The notes under the pieces: model-generated | What the model was told of the DNA's origin: nothing | The model's database searches: none | The model's input: the letters and a program-made list of their open reading frames with translations, nothing else | Source: Eledone cirrhosa | Lineage: Eukaryota | Direction: 5' to 3' | NCBI GenBank assembly: GCA_964016885.1 | Contig: OZ024760.1 | Coordinates: 7,316,001-7,380,000, forward strand | DNA length: 64,000 bases | Program-made: the position numbers and the translations under genes | Shown here: piece after piece, positions 51,826-64,000 of the stretch | How the letters are laid out: each line of letters begins with the position of its first letter | How positions within the stretch are numbered: position 1 is the stretch's first letter

Positions 51826-54186
51826 TTATACTTCTCTTAGGTCAGTGTTGTTTGTTTGGGTGTTGTTGTTGTTCCACTCATTCTTTCTGTTTAGCTGTGG
51901 TCTTCTAATTTCTATTTCACTGGCCTCTCTGATTTGCCTATCTGCTGGGTCATTCCTATGTTTAGATATTATTCTAATTTCTATGTTGTCTATGTTACCG
52001 TCATGATGTTGTCTAGCATGTTCGTATAGTACTGACCCGTTTTTTCGTCCTTTTAGTTCCCCCCAGTGTTGGTCTATCCTTTCACCTATGCTACGAGCTG
52101 TCTCACCTATGTATGTTGTTGTCGTGTTTCTGCAAGTACCCTCTGTACATCTTATGCTATAGACTACGTTTCTAGTTTTACAGTTTATCCGGGGGTTCAC
52201 CTTACATATGATACATTTCCTATTGGTACAGTGGGTTTTCTTAAAAGGGTAGGTTTTGCTGATCAGGGATTTTATGGTGGTTCCTGGCTTTTCTACCACC
52301 TTTATTTTTAAGTGGGTCTTTCTCAGGGCCTTTCTACACTGGTTAGCTAATTTCCCTCCAGGGGTGGCGTCCACAAACATGACACTCTGATATCTCTGGT
52401 TGTCGTACCATGATGTGGCCTTCCCTATCTTATGTCTAGCCCTATCTAAGCTATTCCATGATTTGCTCCTGTATAGTGGGCAAATTCCTTTCATGTCCAG
52501 TTCTATGAGGGTCTTATACTTTTCCATGGCTCCTTCGTATACTCTGACTCTGTCTCTTTGGTTGTAGCCAGAGAACTGCATGCGGTTGATGAAGTGTTGG
52601 ATGTGTCCTTCCATTTCTGTTGGGTCGCACATGCTGGACACATTCTTCATCACTCGTACCAAATCTGCGATCAGAATATTAAACTTAGCACTACTGGACA
52701 TTGCTGAGTTTTTGAGTATCAGGTATTTGGAGGCCATGGGTTTAGCATAGTGTGAGTGGAGAATTTGGGCTCTCTCGTCTATAGTGTTAATCCAGAGTTC
52801 TGTGTCTAATACAGGTAGTCTATTGTTAGGGTGTTTGGAAGGGAAGTCTATAGTTACAGTTATACTCTGGTGTATGGAATTAGCTATCTGCTGGATGCTT
52901 TCCATCGTGCTACGTTCTAAATCAAACTTGTTAGTGCTCTCTAGTGGGGGTGTTCTTATAACTATATTGATATCGTCTACATAACGAGAGTACATGATGA
53001 GGTCTATGGAGCTTTCATTAAGGAGATCTTTAAGTCTCCTTTCCCACCATACCATGAAAAGGTTGGCAACATCGCCAGCTATGCTGACGCCGATGGCTGC
53101 TCCCTCATTTTGGGTGTAGATTTTCTCATTGAACTTAAATATGTGGCCCTTTAGGGTAGTTTTGATACTAGCCCCTATTGCATGTGCGACCATTTTTCTT
53201 ACCTGATCAGTGTTTTGGGGGGTCCGTATAGCTTTGGTCCACCCAATCCACCTTCCTATGGGAGTCTTTTTAGCCATTGAGGTTATGGTGGGGGGTCTAC
53301 CTCTTATAGGTCTACTAGGGCAGAAACATCTAAGGTCATGGCTGTCTAGGTAGTCAGTGTCGTAGGTAAGTCTAAGTAGGAGGCCCAGTTCGTCTGTGTC
53401 GACGTCGCAGAACTCCACCTCACTCTCAATGATCATCTCCACACATCTTTTCACAGCAAAATCAATGTTAATGGATGGGTACAGTGACACCACATCCATG
53501 CTGCCTATTATGCAGTTGGATAGGCTCCTGTTTTTGTTGCACTCACTGATTCTGCTGAGGAGGTCCTCTGTACTTTCACATACATCTGGGGACATCTTGA
53601 TTATGGGGCGTATAACCATTGAGAGGAAGTAGGAGATCCTGTAGTTGCTAGCTATATTAGCTCCGCATACAGGTCTTGTTGGTGGTCCTATTGTCGGGTC
53701 GTCGACTGTCTTGTGGTCTTTGCGGAGCCCATACAAGGGTGGTATGCCATTGTTAGACGCCTGGAAGTTGTTGGCAGTGCGTCTGCTTGGCTTTAGGATG
53801 TCAGTCCACATCATCATGTGAGCGTTGAGGATTTTTTCTCTCCCATCGTGTGTTAGTTGTGCAACTTCGCTCGTGTTGGTGATGTGGGGTTGCATTGCCT
53901 CGATGTAGTTCGGCATGCTATCTATTGACATCCTACCAGACTTATCTGTGGGTAGACACACTACCTCACCATCCCTTGTGCGCTGCTTGAGGCTAACCAA
54001 GCCTTCTACAGGTTTTATCCCAAGTTGTTGGGCCTCTGGTCTGCTCTGTCTCATAGTGTACCTGTCTACTACTTGTCTAATCTTATTTCTAGCTATGGTG
54101 AACTGTGCCTCCGTCTCGTCATCTATTTGTTGTGGTATGCAAACTCTTTTATTAAAGGGTAACCTCGTAGGATAGATATTACCCAT
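51826..54186 (-). CDS. PLE polyprotein: reverse transcriptase + GIY-YIG endonuclease
   Basis: Motifs TDKSG, LYGLRKDHK, RPV, MDVVSLYPSI, QNEGAAIG, RYVDD, LPVLD, Cys linker CTNRKCIIC, VVYSIRC...YIGETAR and REASEI...PQLN. The frame stays open about 125 codons upstream (Asn-rich) to ~54565. Confidence 0.95.
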   Translation of the reverse strand: MGNIYPTRLPFNKRVCIPQQIDDETEAQFTIARNKIRQVVDRYTMRQSRPEAQQLGIKPVEGLVSLKQRTRDGEVVCLPTDKSGRMSIDSMPNYIEAMQPHITNTSEVAQLTHDGREKILNAHMMMWTDILKPSRRTANNFQASNNGIPPLYGLRKDHKTVDDPTIGPPTRPVCGANIASNYRISYFLSMVIRPIIKMSPDVCESTEDLLSRISECNKNRSLSNCIIGSMDVVSLYPSINIDFAVKRCVEMIIESEVEFCDVDTDELGLLLRLTYDTDYLDSHDLRCFCPSRPIRGRPPTITSMAKKTPIGRWIGWTKAIRTPQNTDQVRKMVAHAIGASIKTTLKGHIFKFNEKIYTQNEGAAIGVSIAGDVANLFMVWWERRLKDLLNESSIDLIMYSRYVDDINIVIRTPPLESTNKFDLERSTMESIQQIANSIHQSITVTIDFPSKHPNNRLPVLDTELWINTIDERAQILHSHYAKPMASKYLILKNSAMSSSAKFNILIADLVRVMKNVSSMCDPTEMEGHIQHFINRMQFSGYNQRDRVRVYEGAMEKYKTLIELDMKGICPLYRSKSWNSLDRARHKIGKATSWYDNQRYQSVMFVDATPGGKLANQCRKALRKTHLKIKVVEKPGTTIKSLISKTYPFKKTHCTNRKCIICKVNPRINCKTRNVVYSIRCTEGTCRNTTTTYIGETARSIGERIDQHWGELKGRKNGSVLYEHARQHHDGNIDNIEIRIISKHRNDPADRQIREASEIEIRRPQLNRKNEWNNNNTQTNNTDLREV

Positions 54187-54722
54187 CTTATATGTTTTGT
54201 CAGCTGGGTTGAAAAATAGTTTCTCTAAGGGGTTGTCGTTATTTCTATCGTCATAGTTGTGTGTGTTGCTATTATTGTTATCATGGTGGTTGTTGTTGTT
54301 TCTATCCTTAGCATTAATATTATTATTGTTATGATTGCTAGATGTATTGTTGTTTACTTCACCGTTATTGTTGTTGTTACTGCTATTTCTACCATTGTGG
54401 TTGTTACTATTATTATGTTTCTTGTTTTTGTTGATGTTGCTACATGTACTATTTCCATTATTACCACTGTGGTTATTGTTGTTGTTGTTGTTCGTATTGT
54501 TACCGTTATTACTACTGTGGTCACTGTTGCTGTGTCTGTGGTTAACGTTTCTATTATTATTATTATAACGTTTCTATTATTATTATAACGTTTCTATTAT
54601 ATATATATAAAAGACAGCGAGAAGCGAAAACCAACCAAACAGTGAGTGTGTTCTGTTATTAATTCTGGCAATATTACGCAAATATGACCCTCCCCAAATA
54701 TAACAATGTATATATATGTATA

Positions 54723-54807
54723 TATATATATTTTGTCTGAGGAGAACATGTTTTGCTTTATGTTATACATAAAACATCTTTGAAATATATATAATGAAAT
54801 ATATATA
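54723..54807 (+). ncRNA. Type I hammerhead ribozyme
   Basis: tatatattttgt-CTGAGGA-...atgtttt...aaaacat..-GAAA-tatata-TA^atgaaatatata, with palindromic ATATATAT stem III. Confidence 0.65.
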
Positions 54808-54970
54808 ATGAAATAAATAGAGATGATATATATTATATATCTTTTGTTTATTACTATTATATATAAATATATATAGATATACATAAATATGTGTGTGTGT
54901 GTGTATAAAAATAAATAAATAAAATAAAAATGGCATAGACATTACAATACAATGGGAGGAAACATAAGTG

Positions 54971-55009
54971 CCACTGATGATATCACAGATGTGTGACGAA
55001 AGAACTTTG
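54971..55009 (+). ncRNA. Hammerhead-like motif, same architecture as 51517-51556
   Basis: cca-CTGATGA-t-atcaca(gatg)tgtgac-GAAA-gaac-TT^tg. Stem II differs in sequence but still pairs. Confidence 0.5.
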
Positions 55010-55131
55010 ATAGACTATAGAAAACCTGCCAGATAGTCCTATACAAGCGAGACAGGGTCACCCGACCAATCTTGCCTCAAGTGGGACAATTCCCGTCTAA
55101 CCCATGCTAGCGTGGAAGATAGACGTTAAAC

Positions 55132-55162
<31 letters not shown>

Positions 55163-55495
55163 TGTGTGTTTATACATGATTTAGTTGCGCAAATTCAAAA
55201 ATACTTTTATGATTCACAAATATTTTCATCACCACTTTCCTTTCTTTCATTGCTTAATTTCATTTTGATTTTTCTATATAATTTTCCCTTCATTATATGT
55301 CCACCAGTAATAATACTACAAACATTCGAATTAACAAACTCAAAGTGTTAACTCTTTAGCATTTACATTAATCTATATTTACTATTGTATTTTCATGGTA
55401 AACACTTTATCCTATATAATTATTTCACATAATATCAAATCTATGAGATTTTAATGTTATTTATTTTGATAACAATACCTTAACATTAATATGAT

Positions 55496-55824
55496 GGAGG
55501 CACATGGCTTAGTGGTTCGAACATTGGCCTTGCAATCGAAAGGTTGTGAGTTCAATTCTCAGACCGGGTGATGTGTTGTTTCCTTGAGCAAGACACATTG
55601 CTCCAGTTTACTCAGCTGTAGAAATGAGATGATAGGGACTGGGGTCCCTATCATTCCACTGCAAAGTGGTCGTGGAGGTGCCATGGCAAAAAAGCACCCA
55701 GCACTCACTGTAAATGAGGTTGGTGTTAGGAAGGGCATCCAGCTGTAGAAATCAAGCCAGAATCAGTTTCTGTCCCACCCTTGCAAGCAGGGAAAAGCGG
55801 ACGCAAAATGATGATGATGATGAT
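55496..55824 (+). mobile_element. SINE family A nested inside a piggyBac MITE
   Basis: Full-length copy that splits the MITE at 55352-55904. Confidence 0.85.
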
Positions 55825-55950
55825 GAGTGGGCAGTTATGGCCAGTATGAACAGAAAAAGGTGAGAGGATCCTGGCCAAATACGACCAGTTTAAATGCTAA
55901 AGGGTTAACAACTAAAGCGATACTAAGATGAAAGATCAGGACATACTCAC

Positions 55951-56085
55951 TATTTCTGTCAAATTCTTGCTTTCCAGGTGAAGGTGAGAAAGTCGTTTTA
56001 GGTAATGGTACTCAGATTCATCTTTCTTCTTCTTGGAATATTCAGAAGTACCACTGGCAATTAGGTTCACATTCAATTTCACCAT
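55951..56085 (-). CDS. PPP1R42: PPP1R42 (LRRC67) coding exon 1
   Basis: ATG at 56085 gives MVKLNVNLIASGTSEYSKKKKDESEYHYLKRLSHLHLESKNLTEI. Donor GTGAGT, phase 0. Resembles the PPP1R42 N-terminus as recalled (MVRLT.DLI...THI.F..KNI..I). Confidence 0.88.
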
Positions 56086-57428
56086 ATTGGGTCCAGTGTG
56101 TGTGTGTATATAGTGTATATATGTATCTATATGTGTGTGTGTATGAGTATGTATAATAAGTAGCTCTCTCTATATATGTGTGTTGGTAGGTGTCTGTATA
56201 AGTGTGTATAAATATATATATATAATATTAGTATGTATATATATATATATATATATATAGTAATAATAATAAATTTGAAGACTAAAATCCAAAGAGGGCT
56301 CGATAAGGATAAATATATATCAAATATATAAGAACTGTAGAGCAAATATTTATTAAAATAACAGATTAAAGTTTAAGCAAAGAATCGCTGCTTTTACCCT
56401 TAACGGAATCTTCTGATATATGTATGTATATATATATGTATATATGTATATATATGTGTGTGTGTGTGTGTATCTATTTATCTATGTATGTGTGTCAGAG
56501 AATATGCTTTGCAAACTGTATTTGTGTTGCAGATATAAAACTGAAAATATAAACGTAAAACAGATAAATGTAGAAATATATAAAAACAGAAACAAACAAC
56601 ATTATTTAAGCAGGTACGAAACTATTGAATTTACCACAGTGTATTACTGGTATCCACCTGAACTAAGGTGGTGAATTTTGATCTCTGTTTGAGCTCTCGG
56701 CATTCTAACTTCGAAATCCAGCAAAGCCCACTTTGGTTTTCATCTTTTTGGGGTCGGTAAAAGAAGCACCAGCTCTTTCTCTCACATCCTAGATGTTATG
56801 TTGGATTAATGGAGAGACAGTCAAGAAGGAGTCTGTGTCCACACATAAACTCCTAAACCCCTCAACAAAAAAACATGCTACATGCTACCAAGTTATACTC
56901 GATTGCGAGTGAAGGCTGAAGATTTTTTTATTTTTTTATTTTATTTTATTTTTAATTATTATTTGAGTCAATAAGGGGACCTGTGTAGTCGCTCGACCTT
57001 GCAAGAAAGAGCAACCAAATCTCCCTCAAATTACACCTTACTGACTGAAATTGAAATAACTATAGGCCGTCATTGACAAGTTTATTCAATCAGGGCTGAC
57101 CTCGGCTTATACAACAATAAGCAGCAGCAATATGCAAAGCTTGCGAGCTTCGAGGAACCCTCTACGTAGTCAATCGACTTGCTAAAAGTAACAGGCAAAT
57201 TCTCTAACGTCATAGCTTGCCGTGAAAAAGAACTAAAAGAACATTTTGGATACGGTGTAAAATAATTAGAAAAATGTGGCGTCTCTTCGTTATTACCCGG
57301 CATTTCAAATTGAAACAGACATTATAAAAATTAAGGGCTTAGGATTAGGATTAAAGAGCGTCGGATGCAAGACCTTAGCATTTGTTTCGGTTGACTAGTC
57401 TTCTGAGTTTTGAAACCCTTTAATCTTT

Positions 57429-57473
<45 letters not shown>

Positions 57474-57970
57474 CTATATATATATATATATATACATACA
57501 AACATACACATATGTGTGTGTGTAAAGTGGTAAGAAACTCTCAGAGAGAGTTGCACAGCAAAAGGTCTTCAAAGAAGAACTCCCTACACCCCCACCTCCT
57601 CAAACAAGTATTTCGACCCTTAACATATCAATTCAAAGATTGGTAGGGGTGGTGAATTTAGCGGAATCGTTAAAGAATTCGAAGTTGGGAGGCGGGGTTC
57701 TCTGCGTTAACTGATCCAGCAGTGTGTGTGTACGCATGTATATATTTATGTGTGTGTGTGTTCTGGGTTGAAATCCCGCCCTACCATACAATCTGCCTGT
57801 TATAGAAATGTGGGGGTAAAAACGAAGAAGAACAGAAGAAAAAGAAAAAAAAGTGAAGAAAAAAATATTAAAAACTCCTTACAAAGAAGTGAGGCCAGGT
57901 TTGTGTTTATTTTTTTTTTAATTTATTTTTTCTCTTCTCTCTGTTCCGGTTACCACTTTGTTTACACTTT

Positions 57971-58036
57971 GTTGCTAGGAGACCAAATGACAGTTCGTTC
58001 AAACGGTGTCAGGTTAATTTAAGCACTGCGCATGCG
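57971..58036. promoter_or_regulatory. Candidate PPP1R42 promoter elements: RFX X-box and NRF1-like site
   Basis: GTTGCTAGGAGAC (57971-57983) and TGCGCATGCG (58027-58036), about 1.9 kb upstream of the ATG in unique sequence. Confidence 0.45.
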
Positions 58037-58722
58037 TATTGGGCTATACTAAAAAAAAAATGGTCTGGACAATTGTAAAACAAGGAACCGAACCGGTGTC
58101 GCAAACTGAATTTCAACTAATCGTCTGTTTATTAATTTACTAAGCTCGTTGTGAAATTTTAGGGATGTGATATTGAATAAAGACACCGAGTATGTCTGGC
58201 TTATCAAGTGCGTAGATACATTGATATTTTCTCTCTTTCATTCACTGCCGCCGTCTCTCTCGCTCTCCCTATCTCTCACATTTATATGCAAATGGGAGTC
58301 CACGCGCTGACCGCGGGGCGGTCAGCGCGTGGACAGAATAGGGAAGACGTTTCTTCGGAGTATCGTGAGGGAGACGCATTGAAGAGCCATTCGAGCTCGC
58401 GAGGCCCACACCTGTGGATAGGCAACTCCGTGCCGATGGTAGTGAATAGGGAAGTGGTCCTAGGGCCAAGGACACAAGAAGTCTCCACTGTCACGGGCTC
58501 GACTGCAAATCTATCGAAGAGCGACCGATATTTGGAGAGTTTACCCTCCTCTGCACTCAGACTGTACTAGGTTGCAGCTGGAGAATGTATCGTAGATGAA
58601 GGGTTGTTTGTAATAGGTGGACGTGCGCACGCACATACACAGACACGGGCAAACATACACTCACAGGCACACGTACATAAACATACACACATGAACGCAT
58701 GCATACGCACACACACACGTAC

Positions 58723-58760
<38 letters not shown>

Positions 58761-58860
58761 AATTATATATATATTATGCATACTCCAGTCCTACAAACTG
58801 TAGAGTGCTTCTTATCCGATATCTGCATTGCTTTATTGTACTACAATAAAACTCACCCCC

Positions 58861-58931
<71 letters not shown>

Positions 58932-58960
58932 GAAAAGTATAGAAATTATTGTGAGCCTTC

Positions 58961-59020
<60 letters not shown>

Positions 59021-59112
59021 GAAAATAAACCAAAGAAGCCTTCAATACATCAAAAGTCTTTATTAGCCAACAATGTTTCGTCCTATTAAACACACTCTAG
59101 TATTTTAATTCT

Positions 59113-59144
<32 letters not shown>

Positions 59145-59776
59145 GTAATAATAATAAATTTGAAGACTAAAATCCAAAGGATAAATATATTTCAAATATA
59201 TAAGAACCGTATATATATGCAGAAGTTATATTTAATTTGTTGGAATTCAACAAGCTTAAAAGTTTTATAAGTATATATATATATACACACACAAGCAGAC
59301 GCACATACACACACGAACGCATGCATACTTATATATACACATGAGCACACACACACACACACACAGAGCATATTAACAGGTGTTGAACAAAATTCAATAT
59401 TTATTCAGTGAGAAAAATATTGTTACTTTGACACTATCAAAGGTTATCGATGTATAAAATAAATGAATAAATAAATATATAGCTTATTTGCTGTAAGTTG
59501 CTGTTTGGTCTCGTCTCTTACTCTTAGGACAGCGTTTGGCTTGTACCAGACACTGTGATTCCGGGTGGACCAGCTGTACCTTTGGTAAGGGTCGAAACTG
59601 CCAAAGTCCATCACAACGCCTGATGACCCTGGAGTTCCGTGTCTTTCGTTTGTATTTTTGTTTTAAAAAAATAATCTTTTAACGTTTCCCCTTAAAAAGA
59701 TGTTTTTCGTTTTGCCTTGCTTTCGTTCGTTGTCTTGTCCTCTCTTTGTTAATTTTCCTAAGTTTATATATAACAT

Positions 59777-59844
59777 CTCTGTCTGATGAACGATCTAGAC
59801 GTATTTTAATATTATCTAGGGTCCTGAAACCTTTGGTAATGGAG
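59777..59844 (+). ncRNA. Type I hammerhead ribozyme
   Basis: ctctgt-CTGATGA-acgatctaga...tctagggtcct-GAAA-cc(ttt)gg-TA^atggag, 6-bp stem I, GUA cleavage after 59838. Confidence 0.72.
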
Positions 59845-60144
59845 TAGTTATATATTGTGTTGTTCACTTTCTAATTATATATATATATATATAAACTAAT
59901 ATATATATTATATATATTAGTTTATACACGGCTCAGAAATATTTCCTTCTTCGAGCTAATTCCATTGTAAAAGAATTCATTACACTTAATAACATATATA
60001 TATAGTTATGTAATAAACAACATAATGTTGTTTATTACATAAATTGTTTAAACAACATATGTTGTTTATTACATAACTATTAAGCTCTGTTACCTACATA
60101 GAGCACTCTTTTTTCCTGGACTTTTCCGACGGAATTACTTCATT

Positions 60145-60176
<32 letters not shown>

Positions 60177-60219
60177 AATTTTTAAGCTTATTGAATCCCA
60201 ACAAATTAAATATAACTTC

Positions 60220-60262
<43 letters not shown>

Positions 60263-60430
60263 AAACAATGTTACCTCTGATCGAGACGAAGCGCAAGTGT
60301 ATTTGAATGTTGATATATGTGTATATATGTTTGGTAATTCGGAAGGAAAAGCAAAGAAAAAAAAGTGTTCTATGTATAGAACAGAGCTATTTAATTATAA
60401 AGTGAACAACTTTGTGTTCACTTTCTAATA

Positions 60431-60463
<33 letters not shown>

Positions 60464-60467
<4 letters not shown>

Positions 60468-60655
60468 GAACCAGTAAGACCCCGACGGCTGAGCTCAAGC
60501 CGTTTCGACGGCTAATTCTAGACAGAATTAGCCGTCGAAACGGCTTGAGCTCAGCCGTCGGGGTCTTACTGGTTCCTATTACCCACTCTACTACCCCAAG
60601 TATTGAGTACTTTGGTGTGTTATGGTCCACCTGGTTCCTTACCACATTTCCTTCG

Positions 60656-60660
<5 letters not shown>
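60464..60660 (+). mobile_element. Short TA-embedded element with a fold-back end
   Basis: Palindrome at 60464-60579 followed by the same tail as 20055-20251. Confidence 0.75.
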
Positions 60661-60733
<73 letters not shown>

Positions 60734-60776
60734 GTATATATGTATATATATATGTATATATGTATATATATATGTA

Positions 60777-60841
<65 letters not shown>

Positions 60842-60884
60842 GTATATATGTATATATATATGTATATATGTATATATATATGTA

Positions 60885-60929
<45 letters not shown>

Positions 60930-60974
60930 GTATATATATAGATATATAGATATATATATGTATATATATACAAA

Positions 60975-61320
60975 AGTTCTATTTAAAATTGTTGGGATAC
61001 AACAAGTAAATATTTTTATAACTGATATAAAGCACTCGACAAGTATTTGGAGTAGATATACGATATTAATAAATGGAAACTATATTTATAAAACCATATT
61101 TATTTCATTATACATATCTTAGGGATACCAAATTAAATTATGGTATGCCTTCATCAGACAAAATACAATATATAACAGTTTTACAAATAAGTTTTGATGT
61201 ACCCTTTTAAAGTGCAACCATTATTTTTGGAAGCCATCTGGATAGTGAATTGGTATCCCTGAAATATGTATAATGAAATAAATATGGTTTTATAAATATA
61301 GTTTCCATTTATTAATATCG
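60975..61320 (-). mobile_element. TA-embedded non-autonomous element (family of 7070-7290 and 28405-28670) with a decayed hammerhead and inverted end
   Basis: CTGATGA and stems at 61101-61165, with GAAA mutated. 61250-61320 is an inverted copy of the 3' half. Confidence 0.6.
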
Positions 61321-61344
61321 TATATGTATATATATATATACATG

Positions 61345-61614
<270 letters not shown>

Positions 61615-61757
61615 GATAAATCTACCAAGAGTTTACGGTAGTGTCCAATCCGTATGAAGAACTCAATGTATTCCGGATATCATGGAAAGAAGAGATGTAA
61701 TGAAAATCCACTTTCGGTGAAAGATAAACGGTATACAGAGTCAAGATAAAATATATT

Positions 61758-61982
<225 letters not shown>

Positions 61983-61991
61983 ATATATATA

Positions 61992-62031
<40 letters not shown>

Positions 62032-62855
62032 AAAATAAAATAAAATAAACATATATATATATGTGTGTGTGTAAATAAATACATACATACATACATACAT
62101 ACATACATACATACATGCGTTTTAGCTAAGCAGTTTATGTTTGATAATAATTAAAGAATATATATATATAGTTAGATAGATATTAAAAAAAATATTAACT
62201 AACACAACAACAAGAAGAAAACAAATGTAGCGTTCGTTTCGTGTAGAATTCCTATAATTACACGATCTCAGTTTTATATACAACTCTCGCACCTGTCATC
62301 GAGCGACACGTAGTTTGTTATTCTCAATAACTGTTGTGTGGGGAAAGCAATGTTTCCTCTCTTTATATGTCAACGTTTCAAAAACTTTTCTAGGAACCCT
62401 TACTCTAAATTTAGCCGATAGAAAGAAGTTTTCTTAAAAAAAAAATAGACGAGACGAGAGAAATTTGTAGAAAGGAAAGTTCGTTTGGGGATTATATTTA
62501 CATCTGTTAAAAGGAACACAGAGAGACGTTCATACACGAGTGTGTATGTATGAGTAACATATGCCTACTTCAATAGATATTAAATATAAATATCTATTAT
62601 CTAATGAGATGACAGCTACCGGTTAAATCCTCGCTCGCTCTCTCTCTCTTTTTATTTCCCATCTACATTTTTTCAGTCTTTTTATCCTCCGTCCTTATGT
62701 ATAATTAACACTTCTGTCTTTCTTATATTACCTTAAACTTTTTGTTTGTTTATATCGTTACCAATCACGCACACACACACACTACCTCACATCAAAATCC
62801 ATCTATGCCACCAGATATAGCAACTTCCACAAAACAACATACTTTTCGTTAAACT

Positions 62856-62978
62856 ATGGCGTCTGCCTTACTGGCCAGGACAGATTTCCCCATCTACACG
62901 GTTCGTGCATTGGACGAAAATCACTTTTTGGTGGCAGGAGGTGGTGGATCATCGAAAACCGGAGTTCCCAATGCTTTT
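62856..62978 (+). CDS. PREB: PREB/SEC12 (Sar1 GEF) coding exon 1; continues beyond the window
   Basis: MASALLARTDFPIYTVRALDENHFLVAGGGGSSKTGVPNAF contains the Sec12 K-loop GGGGxxKxGxxN. Donor GTGAGT at 62979. Confidence 0.88.
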
Positions 62979-64000
62979 GTGAGTTTGTTTATTTATTCAA
63001 TATATTTTACACAGTGTATGTATTGTCGAATGTTGTGCCACCATTACTTCTATCTTGTTTCCCTCTCCGTAATTTCATTTGGGTAGAAACCCATAGTTAT
63101 CACTGGTTAGACACAAACACCACACACACACACACACAAAAAAAGGCATCTAGAGTTTCCGTCGTGAACTTCATCTATAGCTTTCCTATATATCTTATTT
63201 CATCTTATTTCATCTTCAATGAAGGACCGCACCCTAAACGACACTACTCGCATCTCGCGGCCACAATTAGTTGAAAGGTTCATAGACTGACCAAGATACT
63301 TTCATGAAATGACCAAATGAGGTTTATTCTTCAACAGCCCCTGGAAAGAAACGATGCAGATATTATTAATAAGAAGAGTTGAAATTAAGGCATGCAAGAT
63401 TTCACAACTCTAGCATCACTCTTTTTCTGGTCATTCTGTGAACTTCTCAGCCCACCCTCGCATATATATATAGAAATAGCAGCCAAATCTTCATCAAATT
63501 ATACACCTACCGAAAGGACACATTGTATAATGCAGTCGTAAATGTCAGAGGAGCGGGGTGACAGGATGGTTATGGTTGGAAAATCTTTGATCTAGGTCTG
63601 CTTAATCATGATAAACCTAGGACTAACCACCAGCAATATAATCACACATATACACAGAGAATCACGTAGGATAGTCCATCTATCTGTCTGTTATTTAAAT
63701 ATACTATTTATCAATGTATCTGTCTTTCTATCAATATATCTATATATGTGCGTGTGTATTTTAAATAATGCAAAATGTGACGATTCTCTACTGGTAACTC
63801 CCACCTGCTAGAAACAGTAACCAAATCTACAGTACCTGACTGTCTAAGAGAGACAGACAGAGAGAGATTGAATAATGTAGAGTGACCATATAGAGGTTCG
63901 TTTACCATCGAATGCGAATCAGTTCTACACTGTTAAATGAAGCCATTTGAATTTTCTCATTAGCAATGTCTTTATCGCTTAGGAGGGTTAAACTATGTTG

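Larger units (their letters stand above)
51262..54707 (-). mobile_element. Penelope-like retroelement (PLE), 5'-truncated, with an inverted terminal copy; possibly Naiad/Neptune type
   Basis: RT-GIY-YIG ORF. 107-bp inverted repeat 51307-51413 vs 54601-54707. TA-repeat flanks. Hammerhead-like motif in the 3' UTR. Confidence 0.9.

Noticed and set aside
51560-51830. Selenoprotein/SECIS in the PLE, as described for some Naiad elements
   Set aside because: The ORF has no in-frame TGA and ends in TAA. No SECIS was recognised by eye.
55496-55570. tRNA gene
   Set aside because: It is the tRNA-derived head of a SINE, continuing into core and tail in multiple copies.
59588-59633. Possible type II hammerhead (GAAActgccaaagTC...CTGATGA)
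   Set aside because: Stem III pairs, but stem I cannot form and stem II overlaps the core.

Overview
Eukaryotic, AT- and microsatellite-rich animal genomic DNA. The SINE families and architecture look like an octopus/coleoid cephalopod, which is an inference. Three spliced host genes can be read by hand. ABAT (GABA transaminase, - strand) has coding exons 1-4 at 17957-5956 and continues off the left edge. PPP1R42/LRRC67 (- strand) has 7 exons at 56085-35187. PREB/SEC12 (+ strand) has exon 1 at 62856. The rest is mobile and repetitive DNA: a 5'-truncated but uninterrupted Penelope-like retroelement (RT + GIY-YIG) in PPP1R42 intron 1, a Tx1/L1-type LINE with one stop codon, RTE and CR1 fragments, two tRNA-derived SINE families, piggyBac and hAT MITEs, and several minisatellites. 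The most notable layer is not visible in the ORF track. About a dozen type I hammerhead ribozyme motifs sit in small (TA)n-embedded non-coding elements, many with fold-back ends. One is a 471-bp tandem and palindromic retrozyme-like unit at the left edge. Also notable are two satellites grown from a SINE internal module and a 37-nt antisense copy of the PPP1R42 exon-1 splice donor planted inside a SINE. All calls come from manual reading; no searches or folding programs were run, and repeat boundaries are approximate.
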